Below are positions 37,664 to 50,475 of a DNA stretch of 64,000 nt, piece after piece (within the stretch, counting starts at the first letter, position 1; the number at the start of each line of letters is the position of its first letter). The position numbers and the translations under genes were made by a program. The stretch comes from Podarcis liolepis. Taxonomy: Eukaryota. The notes below the pieces were generated by a model that made no database searches, was not told the DNA's origin, and saw only the letters and a program-made list of their open reading frames with translations. Where the stretch lies: the NCBI GenBank assembly GCA_965112155.1, contig OZ218102.1; one strand, given 5' to 3'.

Positions 37664-38881
37664 ACGAATTAACTGATAACTGTACCCCTAGGCAGAGGTC
37701 AATTAAATGTACTACACAAGAATGACGATGATGTACTGCTGTATTACAAAAAGCAGGTTGAGTAAAACAAGGTCGCTTGCAGGATTTTTACATTTAAGTC
37801 TAGAAAAGTTGCAGACCATTCCAGGCAAGAGAATTCTATTTGCACAAGGTGGCATTATTTGGTATGCAGTTTTTAAAGTTATCCGCATTGAGAAGGTGGC
37901 TAGCCAGCCTAATGGGAAACACCCACTTCACATTTCCCTAACAGTTGCTCTAGGGCTCGAGCCAGATTCCTTGGACTCTGAACTATTGCTCTCAGTCCTC
38001 CCTGTGACTATTAGGTTTCAACAGCAAGAAAGCTTCACTCCCAACATAAAGCAGACCATTAACAAAAAGTATTCTGTTTAGTAAAAAATAAATAAATTCT
38101 GGGATTGAGCTCTTGTTTTGCCCTGACTCTAACCCTTTATTTAATTGTGGGCCCCTCTATGCTCTGGAGGAAATAGTAAAGGCATTAAAAAAAAAATTTA
38201 GAGTGCATAAGAGGAAGGCATTAAACACTGAGAACTCTGAGTACCACAGATAGTGTGCGTCAGTATGAGACTGCTGAGTCTACAGCACAATTTGTTCACT
38301 GCTATTGGGCAGATACTACATGTAGCCTTTTCTTGCCAGTGTGTGACTCCTTTAACAACCTTGAGTTAAATTTATGAAGCTGAATAATTAAATCACTTCT
38401 AGTACTGCAAACCTTGTGAATAAATGGCTGCAGGCAGTCATTACTATTTGGCAGCAGCCAGGGTTTCAGCATTGTAGCAACTTATGTTTGTGATAGTCCT
38501 TGTTGTCTGTTAGGAATGCTGCAGCTTCTACGGTATTTCAGATATTTTACATGCAGAAGCATTTGTCTCCTGTCTTTTTGTTATGTAGCATCCTGGGGCG
38601 CTTACAGAAAATTTTAAAAAAGATATTGAAACTGTTATTATACAAATTCAATCAAATAAAAAAGTTGAGAGAGAATCAAGAAAAGAGCAAAAAGTAAAAA
38701 TTGGTTTACCTAACAAAACAATTGCCTAAACAAGGCTTGGGGCACAATTCTAAGGCTAGATCTACCAGGATGAGTGGAGTTAGGATCCTGCTGATCAGCT
38801 TAACTCCCTTAACCTGGCTCAGCCAGACATAGGCTAGCATAACTCCTCCATCCTGGCTCAGCAGACCCTATTGGATCTTAA

Positions 38882-39047
38882 AAGATAAAGGTAAAGGGAC
38901 CCCTGACCATTAGGTCCAGTCGTGACCAACTCTGGGGTTGCGGCAGGAGCAGGGTGCTCACCCCGCCGCGGGGATTCAAACCGCCAACCTTCTGATCGGC
39001 AAGCCCTAGGTTCTGTGGTTTAACCCACAGCACCACCCGCGTCCCTT
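38882..39047 (-). mobile_element. Sauria/Squam1 SINE, internally deleted, with 14-bp TSD
   Basis: Head (GGGACGCGGGTGGTGCTGTGGGTTAAACC) and (ACCTTT)-type tail both present, centre missing; CTATTGGATCTTAA at 38868-38881 and 39048-39061. Confidence 0.93.
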
Positions 39048-40321
39048 CTATTGGATCTTAAGCCCATGTAAAATCTGAAAAACGAGTGTGGCGGGGGCAG
39101 GACAGAAGGGAGTGAAACCTAGGCTGAATCCTTATCACATGCATGTTGGTTATGTGACCTAGGAACCTGGAGTAAATTAAGGCAACGAAAAAAGTAGTGT
39201 AACTTAATTTAAAGGCTCGTTTTCCCTCTTCCAGGTTAGAGCAGTTCAGCCTGGTCCTGAATGGCTGAATGGCTGACTTAGTTTATGTTGGTTCAATTTA
39301 TACCAGCTTCTTGTGTTTTAAGATTGCTCTCAGTGGTGAAAAGATGGTAAGGTGGAGTCCAGGCAGGGAGTTCCACAGCTTGGGTGCTGTTAAAGGGAAG
39401 GGCAGTATTCCTGTCAAATACACCTCCTTGATAGGACAGGTTCTTTATGTATTTTGGTCCCAAGCCATTTATGGTTTTAAACAATATGTAGCATGTTGAC
39501 TTACGCAAATAAAATAATCGGTAGTCATTGCAACTGGAGCAACAAAGTTATTGACATTAACCCTATAAAGATCCTGCTGGGCAAGCCTCCCACAAAACAG
39601 GAAATTGTTGATTAGGAAAATATGAAGATTTTAATCTGTTCCAGTTGACAGACAAGGTTTTTTTTGGGGAGTGGTTCCTTCTTAAACTGAGAGGAGATAA
39701 TGCCCTTTTCTCTTCCTGTCTTCTGCTCGGGGTGTCCTGTTCAGTTTCCTAGCTACAAAGTCTCTGAATTTTATAGTGTCAGACTTGAGAACTGAATTCT
39801 TTATTAGGAAATGGAGATATATTACACTTATGGAGCAAAAGCTGGTAGAAGCAACTACCCATACTTCAATTGCCATATCTTAAATGCATACTTGTGGCAT
39901 AGTTTCACATGTCATTCAAACTGATTTTACTTGCCATATTTCTGTCCCTGTTCCTCCAAGGACCTAAGTGAAACACACAGTTCCCCCTCCCCTTTATCAG
40001 ATCAACAACTCTGTGAAGGAGATTAGATGGAGATGAAGTGATTGGCCCAAGGTTATCTAGTGAGTTTCAAAGCTGAGTGGGGATTTTAGTTCAACACTCT
40101 TAACAGTTCTCTCAGAGTGTCCTTTGGTCTGTTGTGTGAACCTTTCCTCCATCTAGCCATCCCACCTGCAGAATCCCTGCTCTCTTGCAATATCACGGTG
40201 CTTAATGGGTCAAGTAGGAAATGGTGAATTCAGGACTGTGACTTGGATGCTCTGCGTTACTAAACATATTTACTCAAAGTAAGTCCAATGGGGCATTTAC
40301 AGCTTAGTAAGTGTGCTTACA

Positions 40322-40678
40322 GGGACGCGGGTGGCGCTGTGGGTTAAACCACAGAGCCTAGGACTTGCCAATCAGAAGGTCGGTGGTTCTAATCCACGCA
40401 ACAGGGTGAGCTCCCGTTGCTCGGTCCCTGCTCCTGCCAACCTAGCAGTTTGAAAGCATGTCAAAGTGCAAGTAGATAAATAGGTACCGCTCCGGCGGGA
40501 AGGTAAACGGTGTCTCCATGTGCTGCTCTGGTTCACCAGAAGTAGCTTAGTCATGCTGGCCACATGACCCGGAAGCTGTACGCCGGCTTCCTTGGCCAAT
40601 GAAGCGAGATGAGTGTTGCAGCCCCAGAGTCAGTCACGACTGGACCTAATGATCAGGGGCCCCTTTACCTTTACCTTT
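40322..40678 (+). mobile_element. Sauria/Squam1 SINE, full length
   Basis: GGGACGCGGGTGGCGCTGTGGGTTAAACCACAGAGCCTAGG head, (ACCTTT)n tail, TSD AAG(T/C)GTGCTTAC at 40309-40320 and 40679-40690. Confidence 0.96.
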
Positions 40679-41119
40679 AAGCGTGCTTACCAGAAATGTA
40701 TCCTCTAGCTATCTAGCAGAAGTCTAAAGGCTAAAAAAAGGCTACCAGTGTGAGGAGAGCAACTTTGCTCACAGTGAGACTTCACTCATGGCCTTCACTT
40801 TGAGCCTTATTTAAAATTTATTTATTTTAAAACTGAGCTTTGTCATACCAGGGGTGGGGAACCTTTGATCCTCGATGTTGCTGAACTTCAATTTCCATTA
40901 TATCTAACAATTGACCATGATAGGCTTGGGCTGATGAGAGCGGAATTGGAGTCCACTGGAGGCAGAGTTTAGTTTGTAGCAGAACTTGTGGTTTATTACT
41001 AGAGCTCAGTCCCGTAAAAATAATATGTACTGGGACCTCTCTTCCGCAGAGCACATACAGAGTGCTTTCTCCCTCTCACCACTCCCTAGACAACAGTAGG
41101 ACTGGCCCACTCATGGGGT

Positions 41120-41259
41120 GCATGCCCTCCAACATTTCTCCGATGAAAACATGGACATCTTAAGGAAAAGTGGGACATTCTGGGATCAAATCAGAAACTG
41201 AGACAGCTTCTGTAAATCCAGGGACTGTCCCTGGAAAACAGGGACACTTGGAAGGTCTG
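41120..41259. mobile_element. hAT-like MITE upstream of the IPMK promoter
   Basis: Imperfect TIRs CATGCCCTCCAAC / CTTGGAAGGTCTG and repeated 'gggac' subterminal motifs. Confidence 0.6.
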
Positions 41260-41559
41260 CTAATCGGTAGATCCCGGTTGAGAGCTTTATCTCTCCATTG
41301 TTCCCATAGGAACCAACTCCCAGGGGCCAAGGTCTCTTTGACCCCAATAAAATATTGGAGAGGGCCGGCACCCCCAAAGTTGATGGGCATTGCCATTCAG
41401 ATGCGGTGTATGCACTGCATCAGATGTGGGGCAGAGCTTACCCGTGCCAATATTTTATTCAATATTCAATCGACTACCAATTCAGTTCAATATCCAATTA
41501 TTCAATACCAATATTTTATCCAAGTTGGCACCCCTGATTGCTCCTGATGTAGTAGATCT

Positions 41560-42480
41560 TCCCTGGCGGAGAAGGGGGCACCTTGGGTCGGCCCCGGACC
41601 CCTGAGCTTAGAGGGAAGGTTTACCACCGCACAGAAGGGCGCGGCTGTCAGGTAGTGCTGTGCCCTTGATAACAGCAGCGCTGCCTCTTCCTCGCGTCCG
41701 GATAGCCGCGTAGGGGAAACCATTCAGAAGCCGCCCCCCTCCCAAGCCAGGGACGAGCGGCTTCAGTCGCCGCTACTGCGCAGGCTCGCTGCGAGCCGCG
41801 CAGGCCCAGTAACGCCGAGGTGCTGCCTATCTCTCTCTCTCTAGCTCTCTCTCCTCAGTGCCGCTTAGTCAGTCGACCCGAGCGGTTGAGGCGGCCGAGG
41901 GAAGCCTCCGCTCCGCTCGCCTGAGGGAGTGGAAGCACTGCGGGCGGGGGCGCACGCCATGGAGCCGCGGGCCTGGCCTGGGCTGCGAACGGCGGGCGGC
42001 GGCAGCGGAGGCAACGGCGGAGGAGGCCCTTGAAGGCGGGGAGGAGGACGTGGCGGCGGCGGCGGGAGCCTCCGAGGAAATGGCCACCGAGCCCCCGCGC
42101 TGTGCGGCGAGCAGGGAGCCCGAGCGGCTTCTTCGGGGCGCCAAGGGCTCCGCGGCGTCGTCGGCGGCGGAGGGCGAAGAGGAAGGAGGAGGAGGAGGAG
42201 GGAGGAGCGCCCGGCTGCTCAACGGCTGCGTGCCGCTGTCTCACCAGGTGGCGGGGCACATGTACGGCAAGGATAAGGGCGGTAAGTGGCAGGCCTGGGG
42301 TGGGTGGGGGGCTGGGTGCGTGGGTGGGGCGGGTCCTAAGGGGAGACAGGAAGCCGGGACCCCCCCCGGCACCCCTTCGGCAGGGAGTGGGAAGTACCCC
42401 CCAACCCAAGCCAAGTCCCTTGGGTCCGCGCTCAGGAATTAGAGCGGGTTTGGATCTGGATACAAAGCAACCAAAGTCCG
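41560..42480 (+). promoter_or_regulatory. IPMK: IPMK CpG-island promoter / 5' UTR
   Basis: CpG-dense; GCGCA-rich NRF1-like motifs at 41777-41802, GC box ~41941, (CT)n at ~41830-41853. Confidence 0.85.
42080..42281 (+). CDS. IPMK: IPMK coding exon 1 (MATEPP...LLNGCVPLSHQVAGHMYGKDKG)
   Basis: gaaATGG start; MATEPP and LNGCVPLSHQVAGH motifs; GTAAGT donor; 202 nt. Confidence 0.95.
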
Positions 42481-42522
42481 GTTTTTTTCTGCCTTGGGTG
42501 TTATTCCCCTCAACGTTTCCAA

Positions 42523-42547
42523 GTGTGTGTGTGTGTGTGTGTGTGTG
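42523..42547. repeat. (GT)n microsatellite
   Basis: About 12 GT units. Confidence 0.9.
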
Positions 42548-45500
42548 CACGTTTATGCACGCGCGTGCGTGTTTTTGGTATGTGGGATCCAGTGCTCTAG
42601 TGTTAAATAATAATACCAGGGCGAGTTTTGTTTTTACTTACGACATCGGTGTGTCCTTAATGTTGTGGGTGATACGCTGGGGTTGCTTATGTGTCTCTTT
42701 CTGACAGCCCTCTCTCTGAGCCGTGTGAGCAATATTCAAGACGTCCCTTGCATGCGTGGGGTTGCTTAATTTTGTCGTCGTCCCCCCCCCGCCCCAATCC
42801 GGCGAGAGACCGCTTTGAGGTCTTCTAGGGACTTTTTATTTTATGGCTGAGTGGTCTTCCTAGGCTCCCTCAATCCAGCCCCTGAACCCAGCTGAGAAAG
42901 ACTGCTGGCTGTGGCTCTATGCAACAATAGTATTAATTAAAAATAGGCATGTTAATTGTAAGCCATCTTGAGCAATATGTGTAGGAAGGACAGGGTGTGT
43001 TACTGTATATGACAGCTGAAAATGATGCTCTGAAATGGATTTTCAAAAGTAGAATTTGAAGGTTTTTGAAATCCACGCAGAACTTCAGTTTCTTTTTTCC
43101 TTACAAAATAACACAGTGGTATTCTACTGTCTCTGTATACACCTTGGTGGTTTACAGTAAAAAAATGTTTTTCTTTATTGGGAATATACTAATGGAGCAA
43201 TAATGAAATGACACATTCTCCTGCCTAATAAGCTGTTTAAAGCACTTTCTTTTATTGTGTCTTTGTTGTATTTGCTGCTGCACATTTTTCTGTGTTAATT
43301 TGGTTTTCTAATAATATGACCTCCCTTCTCTTTCTAAATCTTCAGGGGTATCTACCTACAAGGTCCCTGCTTTTCTTGTTGATACCTAAGCATGTAGTCT
43401 TAATCTGAGGTGTTTTGTAGGTTTAATGTTTATGAATAGGAAGTTTTGAAGCTGGGGAAATGACCTGATTCTCTCTTCACCACCCCACCCCAAAGAAAAA
43501 AGGAAATTGGATTCGTAGGTTTGGAAAATAATGACTGTGATTCTGCTCCAGAAATCCCCAAAGCATTTACTTTAATTGCGAAATCTTGTTTTGGATTTCT
43601 GCAGGAAACAAATTGCATGAAGAATAAACACACTGATTTACTCCTGTTTTGAGTAAACAGAAGGTTTGGCATTCATTAGGGAGAAATTTCATCACTGCAG
43701 AAAATGTGTTTATCCTTGTATTCACATTGTGTTTTGTGGCAAATGGACATGAATACAATGAGGAACTTAAAGAGATTGTGCCATTTAAAGTGATTTATAT
43801 GGCAACTAGAGGGGCTTTACATGTGTATATATAAGATGCTGTTACAAGAGACAGATTCTGGTTGGTCTATTTTTCTTTCCTAGCTAGGTTCTTCTAGTCT
43901 TTGTATTAAACAAATCAGACATGATCAGCCAGTATTAGACAAATACATCTGCACTAAGATGAAGTGGAAAAGTGCCTTCACTTAACCATGGTTAGGTTTT
44001 TCAGCATACTGGTTGCTTCTCCTCCCATGCCTCTTCTTCCCCTTCTTTGGCAGGTATTTGTAAAGTAGCTTGATACCACCCAAAGATCCTGCCCGGGTGG
44101 GAGAGAGGAAGGAGAACGGATTATGTTTTTGTTTATATGATAATATATTGACCGACATGGAGGTGAGTGAATGAGCTGGCTGTAACCTGTGCTTAATGCT
44201 TCTGGGGATGTTTTGCAAACCAGAGTTCTGGTTGGCAAAAAATAGTTGGGTGGGGATTAGCTGTGTTATGAGTATAGTTAGTGGGAATACAGTGGTATCT
44301 CGGGTTACATACGCTTCAGGTTACAGACTCCACTAACCCAGAAATATTGCTTCAGGTTAAGAACTTGTTTTAAGATGGGTTGTAATCCACTTAGAGAACT
44401 TTTCAAAAATATAATGTGATATAGAAATGATTGAATAACTAACCTGGGTGCTGTTGCTGAGAAGGCCCTCTAGCAAGTTGTAGATCACCTGATTGATGTA
44501 TGTCCCCTTTTCTTCAGTAACCGCACTAGATGGTTTCTCTTAACTCATTCACACTTGTAGAGTACTCATACGGAGTTCAAAAAGTGGTGAAAATCGACAT
44601 TTCTTGTATTTGCACCCTATCCTTTCTTCCAGGAAGCTCATAGCAATGTGTGTTAGCACCAAAACAATGTTATGATTCAGGTTAAACTGATAGAGGGTGA
44701 TTTGCCCAAGGCTGTGCAATAAATTTCGAAGTTGAGCAGGAATTTGAAACTGGGTCTTACACATGTTCAAGCTCAACATGTAACTATTCATCCCCATCAT
44801 ATTCTTGCATATGCATCTTTATATTTTTATAAGATGTAATTATTCATTTTTATAACATTGTTTACCCATGAAATGCAGATAGTTACAAAAGCAAAGGTTC
44901 AAATGGAACAACTGAAAGCAAGGATTTCACAAGAAAACTGGTTTGTTCCTGAAAGGAGAGGATTTTAAAGTGAGAACATAGATTGTTTAGCTGCAGTTTT
45001 CATGATTAACCTTCCTCACTGACTTCTGCTTAAGCCAACATCCTTCTAAGGTCATAATGTGTATCTCTTCTTTAGGGAGGGGGTGTGTGGAAACCATGAT
45101 TGAGAGCTGCTATCCCTGTTGCAGTCAACTTCAGGAATAACAAATTTGCATGGATTATAAGAAGTTGAAGTTCAGGGCTCTGGCATGTACGTGGTAGTGG
45201 TTGCAGAATTTAGCTTCCAGATTTTTTTTTAAAAGTGTTTCTAGCCCTTGTGGACTACAAATATAGGTATGAAAATGCATGGTTAATGCCTTCTGGAATC
45301 TCAGAACCTAAAGTGGTGACTGAATGATATTTAAAACAAGAAAATAAGCAACTTTCCTACATTTGCGTAACTCACACAGATCACAAGATATTTTTGCGTG
45401 TGTGATGCAGATCTGGGGTTACCTTGGTGCAGATTTTCAGGGTTTATATTTTAAGTGCAGAGTGCTTACAGCCCTCCTTATGTTAGCGTAACTGCATTTT

Positions 45501-45734
45501 ATTCCATCCCATGTATTCTCCCAACTCCTCCTCACTGCTGAAATTTAGATTATAAGCTCCTTGATTTTGTATTGTTACTGTGGAGTGTCATGTATATTAG
45601 AGTTCTGTGAATGAAAGATACTTTTTAAACACTTCACATATTCATAAGGTGAGATCTGCTATATCAGTCTATATTATATTTATACTTTACTTATTCCATA
45701 GGTTTTCTTGGGATATAAGAATACCAATGGCTTT

Positions 45735-45960
45735 TTGTTGTGCTGGCTATATTTCCTCCAGTATCAGAGCTAGTATGTATGCTTCTGAATGCCAGCTAGG
45801 ATTGAATCATAGAATCATAAAATTGTAGAGTTGGAAGATAGTGCTACTGCAGTTATGTCCTGCTCATGGGCTTCCCATAGGCATCTGGTAGCCAATGTGG
45901 AAAGCATAATGCTGAACTGGAGTCCTTTGATCAGATCCAGCAGGGCTTTATGTATGGTTT
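45735..45960 (+). mobile_element. CR1 3' fragment(s)
   Basis: 'gcttctgaatgccag..gggcttcccataggcatctgg..gccaatgtg..tgatcagatccagcagggct', similar to 17540-17798. Confidence 0.65.
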
Positions 45961-47578
45961 CCATACATAAAATCATAGAATCACAAATACAAAAAAGTAA
46001 ACATGACAGCCTATATATTCCACTATTAAACTGTTGAAACAGTGGAGCACATTAAAATACCCTTTTAAGTTTCCCAGTTAAAAATTTGTTGTAGTAAAAC
46101 TTTGCTTTCGAAAAATAAACAAACTTGGGCTGAAGTAGTCTTTCATGAGCAAATAATTATGAAGTATTGGGGTCATCACTGAGAAGATCTTACTTATCTT
46201 ATCACTGTCCCAGGTTCTTACCTTAAATTTCCTTTCCCTAGTTGCTAGCACACACAGAATTTCAAAAAGTGGAGAGACTCCTATGAGAGTTGCTCTTTTC
46301 ACTATACTAGAAAAAAGCTGTTCTGACATGTGCTCTGACTACTTAAAATTCTTAATAAAGGGAATTTATAATAGAGGTTGGGAAGGGGTAAACACTCACA
46401 TTTTGCTTGTCTGACAAAGTGGTTTTGATTGTGGCTTCACTCAGGGTTGCATAATGTGACCGTGATAACAACAAAGATTTATTGCTGAAAATAACATGTT
46501 CAATTTTACCTAGAAGCTAAAGTTTTACTTTTACTTTTACTAATAATAAAGTCCAAAGGCTGATTTTTATAACTATAACCATTACTAAATAGAAACCTTG
46601 GTTATTTTTCAACTAGTGGAGATAACATTTATTGTAGTCTGTTGTCCTAATGGTAATACTGCAGCCTAGAATGAGTCTCAATTTTAATTTGTGACATTGT
46701 GGTTGTATTAATATTGCCTGTCTTGAATGTCTTGAATAACATCAATAGAAAGAAAAAAACCGACATGATACTGAAGTTTCATTTGGCTCCAAAGGGCTTA
46801 TTCCAGTAGTTGCAAATGAATGTTTAAGGATTAAATTTTAAGTTACCACTGCTGTGAAGAAACTTCAGTGAGATGAAACTGTTCAGAACTAGCAGTGTTT
46901 TGGTGATTGAAAAATAGCAGAGAAGTTAGCTGCAAAATAGCAAAACTCTTGCTTTGCATTTGTCCTGGTTCTTGTGTAGCTAGGCCATGGCTCAGCATTA
47001 TGTGTGAACCCTTCCCAGCAGCTTATCTATTGTTTCCTTATTGCCAGTCATCCATGATTTGAAGCCATGGCTTGTTGCTTATTCCCTGTCTTCGTTTTAG
47101 CTATGGCTTGGCATTACATGTGAGCTCAGCACTTTCCTTAGCCATAGTTTGCTTGGCTACTCCTCCCCAGACGCTCACCAGGGTACAAATGCACGAGGCT
47201 ACAGCAGATTGGAAACAGACCAAACTTTGGAGAAACAAACCATAGTTTGACAAATCTGTGGGATAATTTATGGTTAACTACTGATTTGTTAAACAAATCA
47301 TGGCTTAGCATTACATGCAAACCAGGCCAATGTGTGAAAGATTTGCCTGGTCTTCAGGATAAGTACCAGACTCTAAAGGTAAGGTGTATTTTCTCTGTTT
47401 TATTGATTTCATTTAAAGAAAGCTGCTTCCTAACACGAACTCTTACTTTCCCCCCTAACAAGAACTTTTGGGGGGTTTTTTTTGAACATTTAGTATATAT
47501 ACTAGATTATGTTACCATAGTTGGACTCAAAAGCATGCTGAAGTTAAGATGTGAACAAATGTATTTCTTGTTTCCCAG

Positions 47579-47664
47579 GCATCCTGCAGCATCCTGATGG
47601 CACAGTCCTCAAACAATTGCAGCCACCACCTCGAGGGCCCAGAGAACTAGAATTCTATAACAAG
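47579..47664 (+). CDS. IPMK: IPMK coding exon 2 (GILQHPDGTVLKQLQPPPRGPRELEFYNK)
   Basis: 86 nt, AG/GT junctions. Confidence 0.97.
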
Positions 47665-47710
47665 GTAATTGTTTTCTGATTCATCCTCTAACTGAAGTTA
47701 TGCTTTTTTA

Positions 47711-47970
47711 CAGTCATACCTCGGGTTGCGAACGTGCCTCCCACGTGGGTCACGTTCGCAACGTAACCCATGCGGGAGGCACGTTTGCAACCCGCAGCGC
47801 TGTGTCTTCACACGTGCGTGACGCGATTCGGTGCAAAGTGTGATTTAGTGCTTCTGCGCATTCGCGAGCGCCAAAACCTGGAAGTAACCCCTTCCGGTAC
47901 TTCCAGGTTCGGCACGGTCCGTAACCCGAAAACATGCAACCTGCAGTGTTCACAACCCAAGGTATGACTG
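47711..47970. mobile_element. Tigger/pogo-like MITE (a truncated relative lies at ~44290-44370)
   Basis: TIRs CAGTCATACCTCGGGTTG / CAACCCAAGGTATGACTG, TA TSD, CpG-rich interior. Confidence 0.92.
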
Positions 47971-49186
47971 TATTCCATAAGTGAGCTTCGTGCTAGCTGT
48001 GATGTGGCCCCATTGGCAACTGCTTATTTGATTATCTAGGGGCCTATTTAGGCATGGAGCCTCTGGGGGAATGAAGACTGGTTTATGCATTGAAGAGGGA
48101 GTGGTACATTGCACCAAATAAGGTGTGATATTGGAGTAAAAGCCAGTTTGGTTAAGGGGGTGCTGGAATGCTCCTGCTACCCTGTTTCCTTGAAATCACT
48201 TTGTACAGGAACCCGGGGTTATGTAGCTAGTTACTGGATCTCATGGCATAGGTGGCACATCTTTGAAGTTAACTTTTGGTTGTCAGTAGAACAAACTAAT
48301 ATTGCAAATAAATGTTGAAACCATTCTTGGGGAATGAAATTACAACATATGTTTGGTTGAGTCAGAGTGGATTATGTACTTTCTGCCAGAGTTGCATAAA
48401 GTAACATTAGTGTGCACGTGGAGAGAAAATGTAAATAGTTCATTAATATATGAGCTCTTGGAACAGTTTGTGCTGAAACATTTGGTTGCAAATGAATCCA
48501 TTCGCTATTAAAGCCAAAAACAGTGTGATCCTCATTTAGGAAATGTCTCCTATAACAAAGTATTTTTTTCCTGCTAATCAGACCTTATAACTTCTTCAGT
48601 ATAAGTAATTTGATTATTTTACTATTCCTATAGCTGGATATCTATATTGACTTGGTTTTTAGGGGGTGGGGGATTTGGAAAAAGGAATAAATTCACCAGA
48701 GTTTGTAGTGTGTTAACAACAATAATTTAGAGACCTAAAATTAACCTGTTAGCAAGCTTCAGCTTTTTCCTGACCTACATAGGAGACAGGCAAGGCAGCC
48801 TGTGATCTGTCACCTGGTTTCTCTTGGTGACGGAAAATCCAATAGTTCAGGCAGACAAGAGTTTGAAGGCATTTTTTCCTTTATAAGTATATATAATGGA
48901 CAACAGTAATTTATAAATGGTCTTGTTCATTTCCTTTTTAAGTGTAACTAGAATAACAGGACTGACTGTCTTTCTGTCTCTGAAAAGTATTTGCTCAGCA
49001 TTTTGCCTCTGCAGTTGTTATTGCCAACTAAGGGTCAAAATTTAATATTGAATAAAAAAATTTAAAATTGCATTGGTGTCACATTAGGAATTAGTTGTTG
49101 AGTTGCATGTTTTAATATTCTTTCTGTTCTTCATTGATGATGTGGCTTTGTGGCAATTGAATGACAAGTCATGAACAAAATAAATA

Positions 49187-49444
49187 CCCTATTTTTTGCT
49201 CTATAAGACTCACTTTTTCCCTCCTAAAAAGTAAGGGGAAATGTGTGTGCGTCTTATGGAGCGAATGCAGGCTGCGCAGCTATCCCAGAAGCCAGAACAG
49301 CAAGAGGGATTGCTGCTTTCACTGCGCAGCGATCCCTCTTGCTGTTCTGGCTTCTGAGATTCAGAATATTCTTTTCTTGTTTTCCTCCTCCAAAAACTAG
49401 GTGCGTCTTATGGTCTGGTTCGTCTTATAGAGCGAAAAATACGG
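49187..49444. mobile_element. Tc2/pogo-like non-autonomous element, same family as 34461-34939
   Basis: TIRs CCCTATTTTTTGCTCTATAAGA / TCTTATAGAGCGAAAAATACGG, TA TSD. Confidence 0.9.
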
Positions 49445-50378
49445 TAATTGCATCCCTCTAACAAAAATCAGGTATCTTATGGCAGTAGAAACAATGCACT
49501 TTAATTGTTTTACAAATTCAATCAACGATAAAGCTGCTAATGTTACAGTATACAAGTTTTGCAGTCCACTCTACTTCACCTTCCCCTCCTCCTCCTCCCC
49601 TACTTGGAAGCGTAAACCCACAGTTGGTAGGCTATGTTAAGAGTTCCTGTATTTACTGGATGCTTTCTAGGGTTATACCAATCCAATATAATCTTTTAAA
49701 GGCCATTTAGTTTAGGAATTTGGGGTGGGTGGGAGAATGCAGTTGATTAATTCATCACTGAAAGATTATCCTCCTCATACTTGATTTTGCCATAACTGAA
49801 GGTGAAAGGGAGACCAGATTGTCTCCCTGTGCCCCATCCTGCCACTAGTACACCTAAGAATGTTTTGATTAGATTGACTCATGCTGCACAGGATCCCTCA
49901 GCACACATTGGTGTGCTTTAGTGCTGTCAAACTTTGAATTTCAATTTGGGGTGGGGGTTTTTATTTGTTTTTAATAAAAGACTTAACAGTAGTCAAACGT
50001 TCTGGCACAATTTACAGCATTTATTCTGAGAGACACTTTGTTTCCTTTCTAAATGGATATTTCTCATTGAGTGTGAGGTTTTAAACATACAGAGGGTAAG
50101 ATTCAACTAACAAGTCCTGTTAGTGGAAGCCCTGGGCAAGGTCTTTAGGTTGTGTACCCCTGAAACTGGTTGGGTGCTGGTGGTTGGAAGAAGCGCTGGG
50201 ACAGCGTGCAGGGGTATGAGAATGAATTGTTCCATCTGGCAAGTCTAAATGCTTGTGCTGAAGATTACCTTAGCATGATGTTGAATTCCCCCCATAAGTT
50301 CTAAATATCCAAATGCAGTCTGCCACAAGAGGGAATTGAGTGGTTTGTTGCAGTTCAATCATATTTCTTTTATTTCAG

Positions 50379-50475
50379 GTGTATGCTGCTGACTGTGAAG
50401 ACTCTGTGTTTCTAGAACTCCAAAAATATTTGCCAAAATATTATGGAACCTGGTCATCACCTACTGCACCCAATG
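50379..50475 (+). CDS. IPMK: IPMK coding exon 3 (VYAADCEDSVFLELQKYLPKYYGTWSSPTAPN)
   Basis: 97 nt, AG/GT junctions. Confidence 0.97.

Noticed and set aside
41855-42704. ORFs up to 231 aa overlapping IPMK exon 1
   Set aside because: Antisense or alternative frames of a GC-rich exon; only the IPMK frame and the short uORF are supported
35660-47330. Recurrent 'aaaccatggtt/aaccatagtttg' motifs near 35660-36020, 43980 and 46980-47330 as an array or regulatory code
   Set aside because: Irregular spacing and degenerate; consistent with old palindromic non-autonomous transposon relics, not a CRISPR-like array
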